Source: Mustelus asterias (Eukaryota). Taken from it: a DNA stretch of 64,000 nucleotides. A program made the position numbers and the translations under genes. The stretch spans positions 68,262,001-68,326,000 of the forward strand of contig NC_135818.1 in NCBI RefSeq assembly GCF_964213995.1, written 5' to 3'. Positions 23,121 to 37,784 of this stretch are shown here, one piece after another; position 1 is the stretch's first letter; every line of letters begins with the position of its first letter. The notes beneath the pieces are model-generated. The model made no database searches. It had not been told where the DNA came from and was given only the letters and a program-made list of their open reading frames with translations.

Positions 23121-26100
23121 CTAGAGATTCATTAATAAGATTACATTATTAAAATGAAATCAATTCAAATGCTTAAAATGTTACAGTTCAATTGTGACGT
23201 ACGAGAATCAACCAAACCTACAAAAGTGTTTAATTTTCTTCCCATTATATGAATTCTGTTCAATGTCATTTAAGCGGTTCTCTACCTCTTTAGGTACTGA
23301 TGCAACATTGGTAATGGGAAATATCGGCCTGTGCCAATATTTTTGACATTATCATGACACAAGACTGAGTGAGCAGATTGAACTGATCTTTCCCTTTCAT
23401 GGTTCTTCACATCTAGTCAATGATTGGGAATTTTCCATGTTGGAAATCTTGGTACAAAGCTTACCACTGTATGGCACAACACACTGGTCAACTCATGTAC
23501 TACAGTACAAGTGCTTTTCAAAGAAGGCTATAGTAATTCGGATTAAGAGCCTCAGTGGTCATACTAGACTCTGGATACTTTTGCATATGATCATCAATGG
23601 TTAAAATTATAGCTGAAATGACGCAATTGCTAAAACATTAGAACTCTATACTCAGGATATACGTGATGTTTAGTTACTGCATGAAGTGGCACGGTTCTTA
23701 TTTTACAGTTTGTTTACAGAGATCATCTTTGCTAGTCTTGAAAATATACATCCACCCTGCCTTTTTACCTTGCCTTCCTAGAGGCAGTAACTGAACCCAG
23801 TATTCATGCAAAAGACTGCCAGGAAATGTCAAAACATGGGTGGGGCATCACAGACAAATCCAAATCCCTACCCAACCAATATTCACAAACATGCATTTCC
23901 GGAAGTAGTGACTGTAGTACAATTCACATTTGCTTTCCCTCCTTCCTAACTTTAGCAGCAATTAATTACTGCCCTGGCTCACACCAGGTAAGTAAGTGAG
24001 TGAGTGAGTGAGACCGGAACCTTCTTGGTCTGTACAGTTCAGTCACAAACTACATCACATTTACCCGATGGACATTCAAGGAATTCAATTTGACAAATTA
24101 CTACAGTACAATCCACAAAAGGAAAAGGGGTGTCCACTAAGGGTAGAGGAATGTATACATTTTCAAAAATGATTCACATGTACTGTTGTCACTTTTGGAA
24201 AATAGGTCCAGTTTTAATTGGGGAAAACCTTAAAACTCAGAGGAGTGCCTGAATAACACCCTTTAAAAGCAAAGTGCACTTACTGCTGTAGAATACAAAA
24301 GCCAGTTTTACATGCAATTTAATTTTACACTAATTCCATTAATGGAAATGATTTGCTCTACGTGGAAACCCCAATTTACCTAAAGTTAAACAGTAAACAA
24401 TTGCAATCTAGTGGATGATTTCCCAATGATAAATAGTTCCAATAAAAAGGCCTCATGTGAAATGTCTCTACGATGATTAATCTGAGATGCATTTCCAACA
24501 TTTTCTATTTGTATTTCACAATTTCAGCATTTATGTTTGTGTTCCCAATCATTCATATAATTTATGGAATCAGGTCAAGCTAGGCTGTTCTGTACTCATG
24601 ACAAAGTAATTAAATACCGATAGAAATGTGAAATAAGGCCAGTTAGCCCATCTGAATTAACCCTATTATTCAGAATAATTTTCATCTCCCTTTGGGACCT
24701 ATTGTTTATGTCATGTCAACCAGCTCACTGAATAACCTCCCTCCTCTGATGACGGTAATCAATCTAGTTAATGTAGCTCATTCCCTGCCAAGTCACTCCA
24801 CTTCCTAAACTATAAATCTAACCTGTTTTAAATATACCTTTCTTTTGCTAGTTCTGAAACATTTGAATTGAAAACAATGTACAACAGCTGAAGTTCTGTT
24901 CCAAAACACTTCATTTTGTAATTGTTTGTATAACATTGATTGTCAAACTTCATTTAAAAACAAACAGACTCCCTGAAATGCATTTGCACAGCAGCATTTT
25001 TTTATTCATTCGTGGGACATGGGCATCACTGGCTGGCCAGCATTTATTGCCCATCCCTAGTTGCCCTTGTTTAGAGGACAGTTGAGACTCAATCACGTTG
25101 CTATATACAATGGCAAAACTGCCATAAAACTAACTCAGTTTTATAATTGGAAAGTTGGAGCAAAATAAAATTGCAATCTCATCCACGAGGAAACTGAATG
25201 GAAATTGCACATCTTCAGGATACTGGTTCCAGTAGCTTGCCCACCTTTCGGTCACAGACCTTGTATGCCGCAGAAGCTCAAATATGGAAAGGGCAGGAAA
25301 TTAGTGTTAAAAGAGTGACGAAAACCAAAAATTATCAGGCACAAAAATATCTGGAAGTCTGTTTGGCCCATTAAACCTTGTTGCTTTGTTAGTGGGGTAA
25401 ATGACAGGATCTTGCTGTGATAGCAAACTGAATTGATAAACAGACAGAGACTATAGAAGGACCTTTGTTATTAGAAAGTAACAATGAGATGCTGCTGGGC
25501 ACAACTGGAGAAAAGGAACTGAGCTACAAATTTCCAGCATTTATATACAATCACACAAAGCTACAATCTTCTTCTTTTGGCTTCTCCCATTTTACTTGGG
25601 GTTGCCACAATGCTGGCTGATCACCTTTCCCCTTATAAGGTACAATCAGCAACGCTAACAGTTGGCCTGTCATTTTCTATTGAACGTCATATCCAAGCCG
25701 AATGTGTGTGAAGAACGAATACAGATAAAGATGTTTCCTGAGACTATAATCACTGGGCTCCTTTGGCGATGAAGCAAATTTATTCAAAAGGATCCAAGTT
25801 AGACCTTCGTACTCTTGTTTGTATTGAGCTGGCCCATCTCAGTCTGGAGAAGGGGACACTTGATACAATTCAACAAATGGCCTGAATGTTTCCCACCAGA
25901 AGTAACAGCAGGAGCACGGCAGAAGAGGGCAGAATCGGATTGGCTGGAGAAAATCTGTGACGGAATAGTTTGTGAACAGTCATGGTAAAGGAAACACAAA
26001 AATGGGAAAATACTGCACCCAGAAATGCACCAAATCCTTCCAAGGGTGGCAGGGATGGGAATGCCGGTGAGGGGCATAAATATGTCATTCAAAGAGGAAC

Positions 26101-26404
26101 AAATAAATAAATTGCAGTTTCTGCCATTTTGAAGTCAAGCCGTCTGCTTTCCTTTGTCTGGTTTTTCACAACAAAATTCTACCCAGCAGAAACCTAATCT
26201 ATTCCTTTAGTCATTTTCCAATGGGAGTAAGTTGAGTTCTTTTGGCATCTCTTCACAGCTCAATGATGAAAAGCCAGAACAATTTCTGTTTCTATGACCT
26301 TTATCCATTGCCTGTTTTTTTCTGTAACCAAATACTGAGTGTATGGCTTGCCTGAATGTATTGTGCAGGTCAATTAATACTCTCTTTGCCTTACAATTTC
26401 CAAT

Positions 26405-26950
26405 AAGATCATAAGAAATAGGAACAGGAATAGGCCAGTCAGCCCTTTGAGCATACGCCGCCACTCAATATGATCACGGATTATCTGATTTTGGCCTGCA
26501 TAACTCTTGACTCCCTTGTCAATTAAAAATCTATCTAATTTAGCCTCAAATATAGTCAATTACCTGGACCTCACTGCTTTCAGGGGAAGAGAATCCCAAA
26601 GTCTAACGACCTTCTAGAATAAAAATTTCTCCACATCTCTTTTTTAAAATGGGAGACTCCTTATTTTGAAACTGTGACTCCTAGTTCTAGATTCACTGAC
26701 AAGCAGAAACATCCTACCTTTATCCATCTGGTTATGTCCCTCACAATCTTTTGTTTTAATAGGAACACCTTGCATTTTCCTAAACTCCAATGAGTATAGG
26801 TTGAACCTTAAATATGCCCAAGTGCACACAGTGCTCCAGGTGCAGTCTAAGGCCTTGAACAACTATTGCAAGACTTCCCTACTCCTGGGCTCCATTCCAC
26901 TTGCAATAAAGGCCATCTTTCTATTTGCCTAACTACTTGCTGTACCTGTT
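26405..26950 (-). mobile_element. CR1 LINE 3' fragment
   Basis: ESRTRSHSFKIRSLPF motif and CR1 3' UTR. Confidence 0.8.
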
Positions 26951-29399
26951 TTAAAATTAGTGTATGAGATGTGGGTGTTGCTGGCTAGACCAGCATTTAT
27001 TGCCCTTTAATGTTTGCCACTGATTCTCCATCGTCCTATCTTCTGACCAACTTTCCCAGTCCACTCTAGCTAACTGTCTCCATGCCCTTGTAATAGTCGT
27101 TAAATGAGCTTAAGACACAAATCCATGTTTCTCACCATCAAACTGAATGTGAAATTCTATGTTATGATCACTATTTCCTGGAGTATCCTATACTTTGATC
27201 ATTTACTATGACTATTTCACCTTTACAATGCCCAAATAGCTTGTTAGCCTTCATTCTGTGCTATATCTACTGATAATAAACAGCGTATATTTGCATACTC
27301 AACCATGTCAGCATCAATACCATGTTCCCAATGTTCAGTTCCCTCTGCCCCATTACTAAGATGTTACATATCACCCCGAGAACAAATACCCTCTCTGGAA
27401 TAATTAACTTTGAATTAACTTGGAAATGTAGCCTTCCATTTAGAAAGTACTCTAGAAGAGCATATAAATATTCTGAACAGAAACAGGCTTTACACATTCA
27501 TTCCTACACGGCTCCTTTCTTTTGCAAGAGTTCAGGAATAACCTCTGCTTAGTACTGGTTGCACTGCAACAATACAATTCTACAGGTCAACCAGAAAAGT
27601 ACTGCACAGATTAGTAACTGATATTTTAGTCAGAGCACAAACTTGCAAGAGGATGGTTAGGTCACCCGATTTGCATAATGATCATTAATATATTTTCTTT
27701 GTTCCCTATTGCCCTGTTTAAACAATTACCTCACCCACAACTTTTACCAAAACCTCCAAAGCTTTCAGTTCAGCCGAGTGACTTCTGAGCAAACTTAACA
27801 AATGTTTTCAAAAGACCAAAATAGAGAATAGCAAAACCCTTACGCAATTAGCAATATAATGACCTCAAAAAGTGCTCAATGTGGATGTGGACAACTTTTT
27901 TATAAACCCGTTTTCGTTCTTACTTTATACTTCGGATATTTTGGAACCAATGTTTGAGTTTTCCGAAATCATTTGGTATAGTTGCATTGTCTGAACTTTC
28001 AAATTTCCATTATAGTATCCCTTATATTTGCTTTAATTAAAATATATTTAAGAGCCAGAAGTGTTGGAACATATTTAGGCTATGGGCTATTGTTTGCACT
28101 TTAATCATCATTTAGGAGATAACTCACTTCCTTTAACATACCCTGTTACACCAACTAATAGTGAATCTTCAAATATTCCAATACCTCGTCGACCATTTCA
28201 TCGCTGACCACTATTTTCTCCACCACCTCAGATGCATCCGCTGTCATTTGTTACTCAATAGGGAATATTAGCAACATCTTCCAGGGAAAACCACTGTGAA
28301 AAATAATTTTAGAATTCAACCGTACTATCATAACCCTCTCAGCTGTAAGTATTACTTGAAGTGTCTACAGTATTATAGCCAAAAACAATTCTAAAAATGT
28401 TTCTTCACTATTACAGAATGCACCACAACCTTAATTGCAGATTAACCCACAATTGTTTTCCCGGCTTCACAGGTTACTTAAATGGCAATAAGATAATCAT
28501 CATGACGCAAAGTAATTAAAACAAGCCAGTCATTAGTTACAAAACAAAATAATTTTCAAAGATGTAAAGCATTCAATCTACCTTGCATAAATGGAGAATA
28601 ATCTGTACTATGAAGAGTCAAAACAACACCTGGTAATTTAAATACCAAGATGATACAAGACATTTTATTCCCTACTATGTTACTCCAAAGGTAACCCTCA
28701 GCATAAAACAAGCCTCACTGCAGCACCCACCCACTCACCTTACTACCAAACCTAAAGAACTCTGCCAGTTTATCATCACATCGTAATTGCGTTGTGATCA
28801 TTTCAACACAAAAATTAAATAGGTAACCAGAGAAAACCAAGCTTATAATGGGCTTATACTATAATCATGAGTCACCAAGAAATCTGTCAACAAAATTAAA
28901 CTCCCTAGATTTCAATTATAAAAGAAATGTTTTTCTTTTGATTCAAATCGGGAAAAAGAATATGTTAGAAAATAACACTGCCTGTTAATCTGCAGTCCAT
29001 TTTATGAGCAGCCATTCAATTTCCCATGGCATTGCATTTTGGGTGCCAAATAACATGGTCACACCCATGCTGGCTTCTGCTGTCTTTATGCAGCTGTGTT
29101 TCTCACTCTTTTTCATTTCTCTTCTTTATGTTTTTCTCCCCCTTAAATCTTGTTTTTATTTCCCTGATGTTATCTCCTCCGTATTTTTCTTCCTTCCTTT
29201 CAGATGGAATGGAGAGAAGGAGAAAGAAAGCCGCTAATGGTTGCAGCAGTGGAGGAATAAAATGTAGCCCCCGGCACTCCCCATTTCCAAGCCATCCCCA
29301 AATCACTCATGCCCCTCAAATCTGTCCAACTTTTAAAAATCTGCTTAACTATTTAATCAGATGCCTCAACTCAATTTTAAATGCCATTGTTCTATATGC

Positions 29400-30470
29400 C
29401 TCAATATCTGTACCGTACAAAAAACTATTAGTTTTCAAAATTTCAGTTGACCCAACAACCACAGCCTTTCAGGGGAAAAAAGTGAGTTCCAGATTTTCAC
29501 TGCCCATTTGGGTGAATAGTCCTGGATGATTTTCCTCCTTAATGGGCTGGCCCTAATTTTAATATGATGCCCTCTTGTTTTGAATTCCCCACCAAAAGAA
29601 ATGAGGTTTTCTGTAGCTATCCTATTGAATACCTTAATTGTTTTAAACACCTTTTTTAGATTACCCTTCAACCTTCTAAACTCAAGGGGATATAAACTGA
29701 ATTCTATCAGTTATAACATCATACTTCCCCACAATAAATTCCACCTGCCATTGCTTTGCCTACACAATTAAGCTGTTCTGATTCCATCTACATAACTTCT
29801 CAATTTACTGCTTCTGTACCCCCTAACATAGTTTCAGCTGCAACTCTTGTTTCCTTCAGCCAAGTCATTAGCATATATGGTGAAAATGTGTGGTCACATA
29901 CAGTTCCTTGGAAAACACCATTTGTCATTACCCTGCCAATCAAAGACAAACCCTTTATATCTCTATTTTGTCTCATATCTTCCCAACCAACTACCAACTG
30001 TGTCACAACCTGACCTACAACTCTATGCACTTTCATTTTTGTCAATCTGCTTATCAAATACCAAGTATAAACATAAAAAGTCAACATTTCAGATTGTTGA
30101 TCCTTGTCAGGTCATCCACATGAAACATTCTTGTTTCTCTCTCCACAGATGGTACCTGACGTGCTGAATGTTTCCAGCACTTTCTGTTATTTCAGATTCT
30201 CAACATTTTTTTGTACCCTTATCAAAGGCTATCTGGTGGTCCAAACGCATAGCATTCACAGGCTCTTCTCCCCTTTCCACAACGCTTCCTCAAAAAAATT
30301 GTAACTGGATAAGCCAAACATAACCTACCCTTCATAAATCCATGCTGACTCTCTGGTCAACTCATACTTGTCCAAATGTTCAGCCATTCTGTCTCTGATG
30401 ATAAGATTCCAGTAACTTTTCCACAACTGATATTAAATTGATGGGTCTATAGTTACATGGTTTCTCCCTC
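29400..30470 (-). mobile_element. Decayed CR1 LINE fragments
   Basis: GEFKTRGHHIKIR and degenerate RT motifs. Confidence 0.7.
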
Positions 30471-33152
30471 ATACCTAGGAAATTCTGTGGTCTTGAAATG
30501 AAAACTTTATGGAACGCATTAAAGGAAAATTCAGTGGGTGCATTTAATCACTCTTGTAAAATATAATTTGATACATTGTTTAAACCCTTATCTTAGACAT
30601 CAGAAGTGTAATTACCTATCAAAAGATTGAGAAAATGGAGTAATTTGTGAAAACGCATTGATCAGATTGGACAATCACTGCATGATATGCTCCAACTATT
30701 TAATAACATCTACTGTGTACCATAAAATCTGGGACTGATAGCATTGAAAAGGCCCATCACATTGCCACATACGGGAGTAATGGGTACGGCAAGCACTTGA
30801 AAGTTTTCAGACATAAAGCAGGTCCCATGCACTGAATATACAGTGGAATGCACTATTTTTCCTTTAAAGTTTATGTTCTTCCATGCTGTTGGTTGTTACA
30901 AGGTATTTAATAGTGGGCTGGGGTCAGAGTTTGCCTGGTTGTAGGAAAGCACCCATTTTCTGCTTAGCTCTGCATGGCTGCCATCAGTTAGTAAGGACTT
31001 CTGAACATATCCTAACACTTTATAACATCATATGCTACAGCTCCAGTACTCCATACTTTGAATATTGAATGGGTCCAGACAGTTGCACATTTAAGTTAAA
31101 AGGCTAATTTTTAATCAGTGGTTTAGAAGACAATGCATTCCTGTCAAATTTATGGAGTGAAATTCTGAAAACATTGCAGAATAGAGGTTAATTTTATAAT
31201 TAACTTACTTTAGTTATAAGGAAAGATGAGAGAAATTAGGGCCTTTATCACTAGAACAGATGAGGCAAATTGGAAATCTGATACATGCGTTCACATTTGA
31301 GGGGTTTTGATAAGGGAAAATAACTGAAGAAAGGGAAAGAAAGAACACCAACAAAAAGATAGAGGAAAAAGCTAGAGGCTTCAACTTAATATTGAAAGCT
31401 GCTTTACCATGCAAAGCCTTAACAGAAAGAATGCTGGAAAAGAGGTAATCTTTAAAAAGGGAAATGGTTAAATGTGAAAAAAGCTAATTTAAAAGGATAT
31501 GGGAGAAAGGGGACTAAGTGGATGCCTGTTTAAGAAAGCCAGGGCAGATACGACAGGCAAATAGCATCCTCTGTTTTGCACAATTGTATAATTCTATTGC
31601 CCAACTAACAAATTTACTGGAATTCCTGATTTTTAAACTTCTGGCAGTCCAATTATGGAGGCAGGGTTATGTCAAAAGAAAAATTTCACTATGTTACGTT
31701 TCAGCACTCAACTAAATGTCAAATCCGATTTGACAATTATATAGATGATTCCTCATAGAACCATTGTGCGATATACCTCATTGATTTCTCTTACTGGATT
31801 GATTTCATTGCATTAATCTGGAAAAACCTTTTACGTGGTCATAATTACACTTCAACAGTGTGATTAGATCAAAACTACTTTATTCTACTTTTTAAAGAAA
31901 CTATAAATATCTGCAGTTAACTAAGATTTTCTAAAACTACAAACAAAGATAAACATAAAAACATAGTTTTCATGTTTTATTTCTGAATCAGTTATAGAAC
32001 AGAACAGTAATGAAATCTCTCTCCCTTTCGAGACTGTATGTACATACGGTATACAGTACAGCTTTGCTCTCATTCCAGCCATGCAGGGGATGTGATGACT
32101 ATCACCTTCTTTTGTACATTTCTGTGTCAAAGGATAAAAACTATTTTAATCTACTGCTAGTCCAAATAACACATAGTAACTGTAGAAATATAGCAATATA
32201 AAATGTATTCTAACTGAAAATGAAATAAAACAGAACTGTAGCAATTTACTATTTAGCTTGCTTTTCACAGAAAGGGCATCAAATCATTTAGATCAATACG
32301 AGATGTTGAAGAGGAACTGAAGCAGATGGAAAAATACAGCAAAACATTAATGCATTGTCACAGTTTTCCCTCTACATTCTTTGGCTGCTGTGAACTGAGT
32401 ATATCACAGCTAAAACAAAAAAGAGAAAAGGACACCTGTATTTAAAGCAGTTCTCATGATCTCAGGACGTCCTAAAGCACTTTACAAACAATGATGTACT
32501 TTTAAAGTGTCGTCACTACGATAATGTAGAAAACACAAAGCCAATTTTGCATATAACCACCTCCCACAAAAAGACAATAAAACAAATGACCAGAGCACCT
32601 GTTTCAGGTGATGGTAGAGGGATAAATTTTGGCCAAAACGCTGGGTGAACTCCCCAACTCGTCTCTTGATTTGCAACTTTCTGCGTCGGAAGTGACAGTG
32701 CTACTACTGAGCTGAGGGAGACATCTACAAAATGTAGAAACTAACTCTGCAGGCTGAGAATTGACAAAATAGCAGCAAAATGTTTCCTGTTGTGTTGCTA
32801 AGTGTCCCCCAACCCCCAATTGCTCTCCACAATCACCCATGTGTACCTTCCCTGGAAAATAAAGCTACCTCATTAGTGCTACTACTGTTGCCAACTATTG
32901 CCAGCTATATGACAGTGGCCTGCAGTGATGAGTTTCTCTGTGTACCTCTGGTAAAGTGATTGGCCTCCGCTTCCCCATTATTGGGAAGCGTTGAGATCGG
33001 GAATTAACCATGCAGGAATCTGAGATGCAAATCTTTCATTGCCTCATTTCTTTGTGCAATATATTAAGTTTCATGGGCTTGTGCAATGAAGCCACTGTAG
33101 ATAGGGTGTCCACCATTTGTGCCTTCCTTTACAAATTGACGTAGAATCATAC

Positions 33153-33382
33153 AACCAAAAGAGAAAATGCTGGAAAATCTCAGCAGGTCTGGCAGCATCT
33201 GTAAGGAGAGAAAAGAGCTGACGTTTCGAGTCCAGATGACCCTTTGTCAAAGCTGATAAAAGGTCGTCTGGACTCGAAACATCAGCTCTTTTCTCTCCTT
33301 ACAGATGCTGCCAGACCTGCTGAGATTTTCCAGCATTTTCTCTTTTGGTTTCAGATACCAGCATCTGCAGCAATTTGCATTT
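33153..33382. mobile_element. Penelope-like element terminus (second family), 97-bp inverted repeat
   Basis: Arms 33153-33249 and 33254-33350 with about 4 mismatches; degenerate hammerhead cores at the centre. Confidence 0.7.
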
Positions 33383-34748
33383 TTAAAAACTAGAATCAGA
33401 ATCATAGAATCCCGACAGTACAGAAGGAGGCCATTCAGCCCATCGGGCCTGCACCAACAATCCCACCCAGACCCTAACACCATAACCCCAAGCATTTACC
33501 CTGCTCATCCCTCTGACACTAAGGGGCAATTTTATAGTCTAATGCATTCTACATATTTGTAAATCTTTTCCCAGTTTGCAATATTAATTGCTCCAAACTG
33601 AGGCACACTGACATAACTGTGCCTTACCCTGGTCCCAGCTTTTAATAACTTCAATGCCAAGCTGAATGCTATTCCCAATATGAACGAGTGCTTTTAGAGG
33701 CACACATTCCTCCCAATGGACAATAATTCTACAGCTATCATTTCATATTAATGCGACAGGTTCTCCTTGTTGGATTGGCAGTATATTTGTACAATTAAAA
33801 ATTACTTGAGTTGGTATTGAGGTGGGCAAGATCTGAAACAGGCACAAATGTACAGTGTGCATGTGAAAAACAGTGTATGAACAAGAATGCTGACAACAAT
33901 CCAGATATGTTGAATGGCAGACAGATTAAGTTATTGTAAAGCCTGATTCAACAGTACCGCAAGAGAAATCTGTGTCTTATCTATCAGCTCCAATCGCAAG
34001 GTCGCCAGTACTGGAATACTTAATTTGACAAAGGAAACAGTCCAGTTAAGTTGCAGGGAAACCATTACGAGAGCAGGAAGGAATCTAGGGGATGGCATGG
34101 CAATTTTCCTGCTCAATTCATGGACCAACTCCAACAGATAAGTGCAGTGGTTTCATGAGCAGAGCAGACATGCATCACATTGCTCCGACTGAGATTTCAG
34201 CTTTACATCCAAGTTGAAACAAAGTATAAAGTGAGGAAAGGTTATCCACCCGAAACATTTAATCTTTTTCTCTCTCCAAAGATGCTGCCTGACCTGCTGA
34301 GTATTTCCTGTTTTTATTTCAGCTTTCCAGCTTCCGCAGTATTTTGCTTTAATATAATACACATACTCATCATTACAGGCAATGTATTTTCTCAAAGCAT
34401 CACAAAAAGCTACCATACTTTTTAAACCGAATAATGTTGGTTTAAAGTTTTCTTATTGCAAGATGAATAAGTTATTTTTAGTACGATTAAGTTATCGTTA
34501 AGTACTTTTGGTTAAACAGTGGTGAATCAGATTCTAAATGTTCCCTATTATAATTTCAATAATAACAACAGCAGCAAAAATAGCTAACACTGCACAGGCT
34601 AAAATCTGTAGGATCTTACTCTGAAAATAAGGATCTGAAATCTAAGCTCCAGATTAACTTGTACTCGGACAAAGGTTCAGTGTTTGTCATTTTAAGGGCA
34701 GTTCTTTTAACAGAGCAGCTACTTTCTCAGCAGAGCACCAAGCCTCAC

Positions 34749-34918
34749 CTTGCATGCTGAGGTGAATCGCTCTTCGCAGATCCGCTTCTTCATCTTCTGT
34801 CTCCATGTGCTGGCGGCTTAACGTCAACGCCCGCTGCAGATTTTCATCATCTTCATCCAGAGCATTTGTAATTGATTTGGACATATCGATTGCTTGTTCC
34901 CAGTCATTGTTCTGTACC
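34749..34918 (-). CDS. ATXN3: Ataxin-3 exon 8 (UIM1 and UIM2: DEDDENLQRALTLSRQ / EDEEADLRRAIHLSMQ)
   Basis: 170 nt, TAG/GTGAGG boundaries, two UIM motifs. Confidence 0.97.
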
Positions 34919-35289
34919 CTATAAAACACAATTTTAAAAATACATTAAAGGACAGAATGTGTCAAAATACATTAAAGGAGAGAACCCAAGTTGTTCTTAC
35001 TTGGGTATTACATTCCAAATACTGTTAATCTGATCGAGGACATTTTTTCTCCCTCATTTAGTCTATTTTTGTACTTAGCTGCTATAAGGCATTTAAAACC
35101 ACATTTTGTTCCCTGGAACATTTCTGAGCTTATCTGGGGAAATGGGTCCTGTAGTACTTGGGCGTGATGCCCCTCAGGAGTCAGAATTTTACATAGCAAA
35201 ACAGGCCAAGAAATGATAGGCACCAGGTGTAGGTTGTTTTACAACAGAAAGGAAAAAAAAAGATTTTGAGCAATTTTAGTCCTCAGTAC

Positions 35290-35428
35290 CTCTGACCAAA
35301 TTCTGTTCGCTGATTTGCCTCCTCGCCAATTAGCTTTGGCCTCTCTCGTTGCACCACTTTCATCCTTTTTAGTAACTCATCAGCTTCGCATTCTGGCAGT
35401 TCTCCTCTCACTACAAATATCGAATAAC
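35290..35428 (-). CDS. ATXN3: Ataxin-3 exon 7 (GYSIFVVRGELPECEADELLKRMKVVQRERPKLIGEEANQRTEFGQR)
   Basis: 139 nt, CAG/GTACTG boundaries; end of the Josephin domain. Confidence 0.96.
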
Positions 35429-35454
35429 CTGGAGAAATTATGCAATTAATCAAC

Positions 35455-36305
35455 CAACCTGGGCTTGATAAATAGAGGCATAGAGTACAAAAGCCAGGAA
35501 GTTAAGTTAAACCAAGATAAAAGCACTAGTTTGGTCTCAGTTGGAGCAGTGTGTAATTCTAAGGTAAAGTTTATTTATTAGTCACAAGTAAGGCTTACAT
35601 TAACACTGCAATGAAGTTACTGTGAAATTCCCCTAGTCGCCAGTCTGGTGCCTGTTCGGGTCAATGCACCTAACCTTCACGTCTTTCAGACTGTGGGAGG
35701 AAACCCATGCAGACACAGGGAGAACATGCAAACTCCACACAGACAGTGACCCAAGCCGGGAATCGAACCCAGGTCCCTGGTGCTGTGAAGCAGCAGTGCT
35801 AGCCATTGTGCTACCATGCTGCCTGGACATCAAGCTTCAGAGAAGACAAGGAAGATTTGGAGAGAGTACAGACACATTTGCTAGATTGGTTCTGGAGATG
35901 ATAGATTAATTGCGTGGAAAGATTGGAGAAGCCGGGGTCGTTCTCCTTGGAGCAGAAAAGGCCAAGAGTAGACCTGGTAGTGTTGATCAAAACCGTGAAG
36001 AGCTTGGAAAGAATAAATAAAGAGAAACTGTTTCCAATGGCCAAAGGGTCAATTATGAGAGGACAAAGATTTAAGCTTCGAACTAGTGATGGTACGAGCA
36101 AAACAACTTATTTTTAACACAAGTGATCAGGATTTGGAATACACTGCCTGGTAGGTTGGTGGATACAGGTTCAACAGTGGTCTTCAAATGGAAATTGCAT
36201 GGATCTGAGGAAAGAACATGGGAGTGGAACTAACTGGCTTGCTCGTCAAAAGAGCCGGCTCAGACCCGATCAGTACATGACCTCCTCCTGTGCTATACTA
36301 TTCTT
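35455..36305 (+). mobile_element. Decayed CR1 LINE interrupted by a minus-strand SINE (35566-35823)
   Basis: FSLEQKRPRVDL..EKLFPMAKGSIMRGQRFK. Confidence 0.75.
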
Positions 36306-36809
36306 TCATTTGATGAAATTAAACAAGATATACTTTTTACCACAAACCCTTGGTTACCTACCTTAAATGAGATTATTCTGACTTAAACACAAGCCTCTCC
36401 TCAAATAAACAACCAGGTAAAATCAACTGTGACGCTACATTACCAACTGTGACATTGAGCCACCTAAAAGACCTAACTGGTTAAGATCAAGGACCTCCTC
36501 CCTTTTGGGCCAGTGGGCTGGATGCTTACAGTACAATGACTAAATGGGCCACATTTGATCAACCAGAATCATGATTAAATACAATGTCCTAAACAACCAT
36601 ATTATTTCTGCTAAAACATGTGCGCATTTGTAGAAAAACTGTCTACAAAATCCAAGCCCCATGCATTAAAAATCCAATTGCCCACCATCCCTAACCTTCC
36701 CCCCTCTATCCTGACACTTCAATACAGGAACTCTAACATTAAAAATCAGAGTCCACAGAGTACAAATAATCTATCTCTGTATGTTAGAAATTTGCAATAA
36801 ACAAAGCAG

Positions 36810-37430
36810 ATGCCACCTCGGCTCACCATTATCTACTCTTGATCATAAGGTTGTGGGTTTGAACCCACATGAGGCTCGGAGATCAGAAGCTCGCAGCAAT
36901 GCCGTGACATGGAAGTGTTGCACTGGGGGAGGTGCCAATCCATGGGTGGGACAGTAAACTGAGATTTTCCTGCTCAGGGTGACATTTCTGCACTTTTGAG
37001 GAAGAATTCTGGCCTCAGGTCGCTGTCTGTGTGGAGTTTGTACATTCTCCCCGTGTCTGCGTGGGTTTCCTCCGGGTGCTCCGGTTTCCTCCCACAGTCC
37101 AAAGATGTGCGGGTTAGGTTGATTGGCCATGCTAAATTGACCCTCGTGTTAGTGGGATTAGCCAGGTAAATATGTGGCATTGTGGGAATAGGGCATGGGC
37201 GGGATTGTGGTCGGTGCAGACTTGATGGGCCGAATGACGACCTTCTGCACTGTAGAGATTCTCATAGGCACTTGCCACGTTATCTGACCAACATTCCTTC
37301 CTCAACCAACACCACTAGCAATGATTAACTGATAATTCAATTTACTAGTTTGTGGAATGTTGCTGACACAGAACAAATGCTGCATGTGCCTCTGCCAAAC
37401 ACTCGCTGACTTTAGGAAATTTGAGATCGA
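36810..37430 (+). mobile_element. Old Deu-domain SINE with a nested HE1 V-SINE (about 37012-37265)
   Basis: GTGTTGCACTGGGGGAGGTGCC Deu-like core. Other Deu-SINE fragments lie on the minus strand at about 32430-32710, 44955-45085 and 59405-59620. Confidence 0.7.
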
Positions 37431-37515
37431 GATTAATTGTAATAGTATTTTCCATGATCCTGCCTGCTCTGTAAATTATAATAAATAAGCAAAAGAAAAT
37501 GAAAAATGTCATTAT

Positions 37516-37784
37516 GGGCAGCACGGTGGCACTGCTGCCTCACAGCGCCAGGGACCCAGGTTCGATTCCCTGCTTGGGTCATTGTCTGTGTGGAGTTTGC
37601 GCGTTCTCCCCATGTCTGCATGGGTTTCCTCCGGGTCCTCCGGTTTTCTCCCACAGTCTGACAGATGTGCCTGTTAGATGCATTGACCAGAACAGGCACC
37701 ACAGTGTGGCGACTAGGTGAATATCGCAGTAACTTTATTGCAATGTTAATGTAAGCTTGTGACTAATAAATAAACTTTAACTTT
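37516..37784 (+). mobile_element. V-SINE, alternative-tail subfamily
   Basis: Head, V-domain and tail as in 5468-5738. Confidence 0.88.

Noticed and set aside
25799-26092. 97-aa minus-strand ORF as an extra ATXN3 exon
   Set aside because: No recognisable homology, weak donor, and exons 8 and 9 already join in phase.
28165-28250. Short acidic minus-strand ORF (MTADASEVVEKIVVSDEMVDEV)
   Set aside because: No clear acceptor; resembles a decayed LINE linker.
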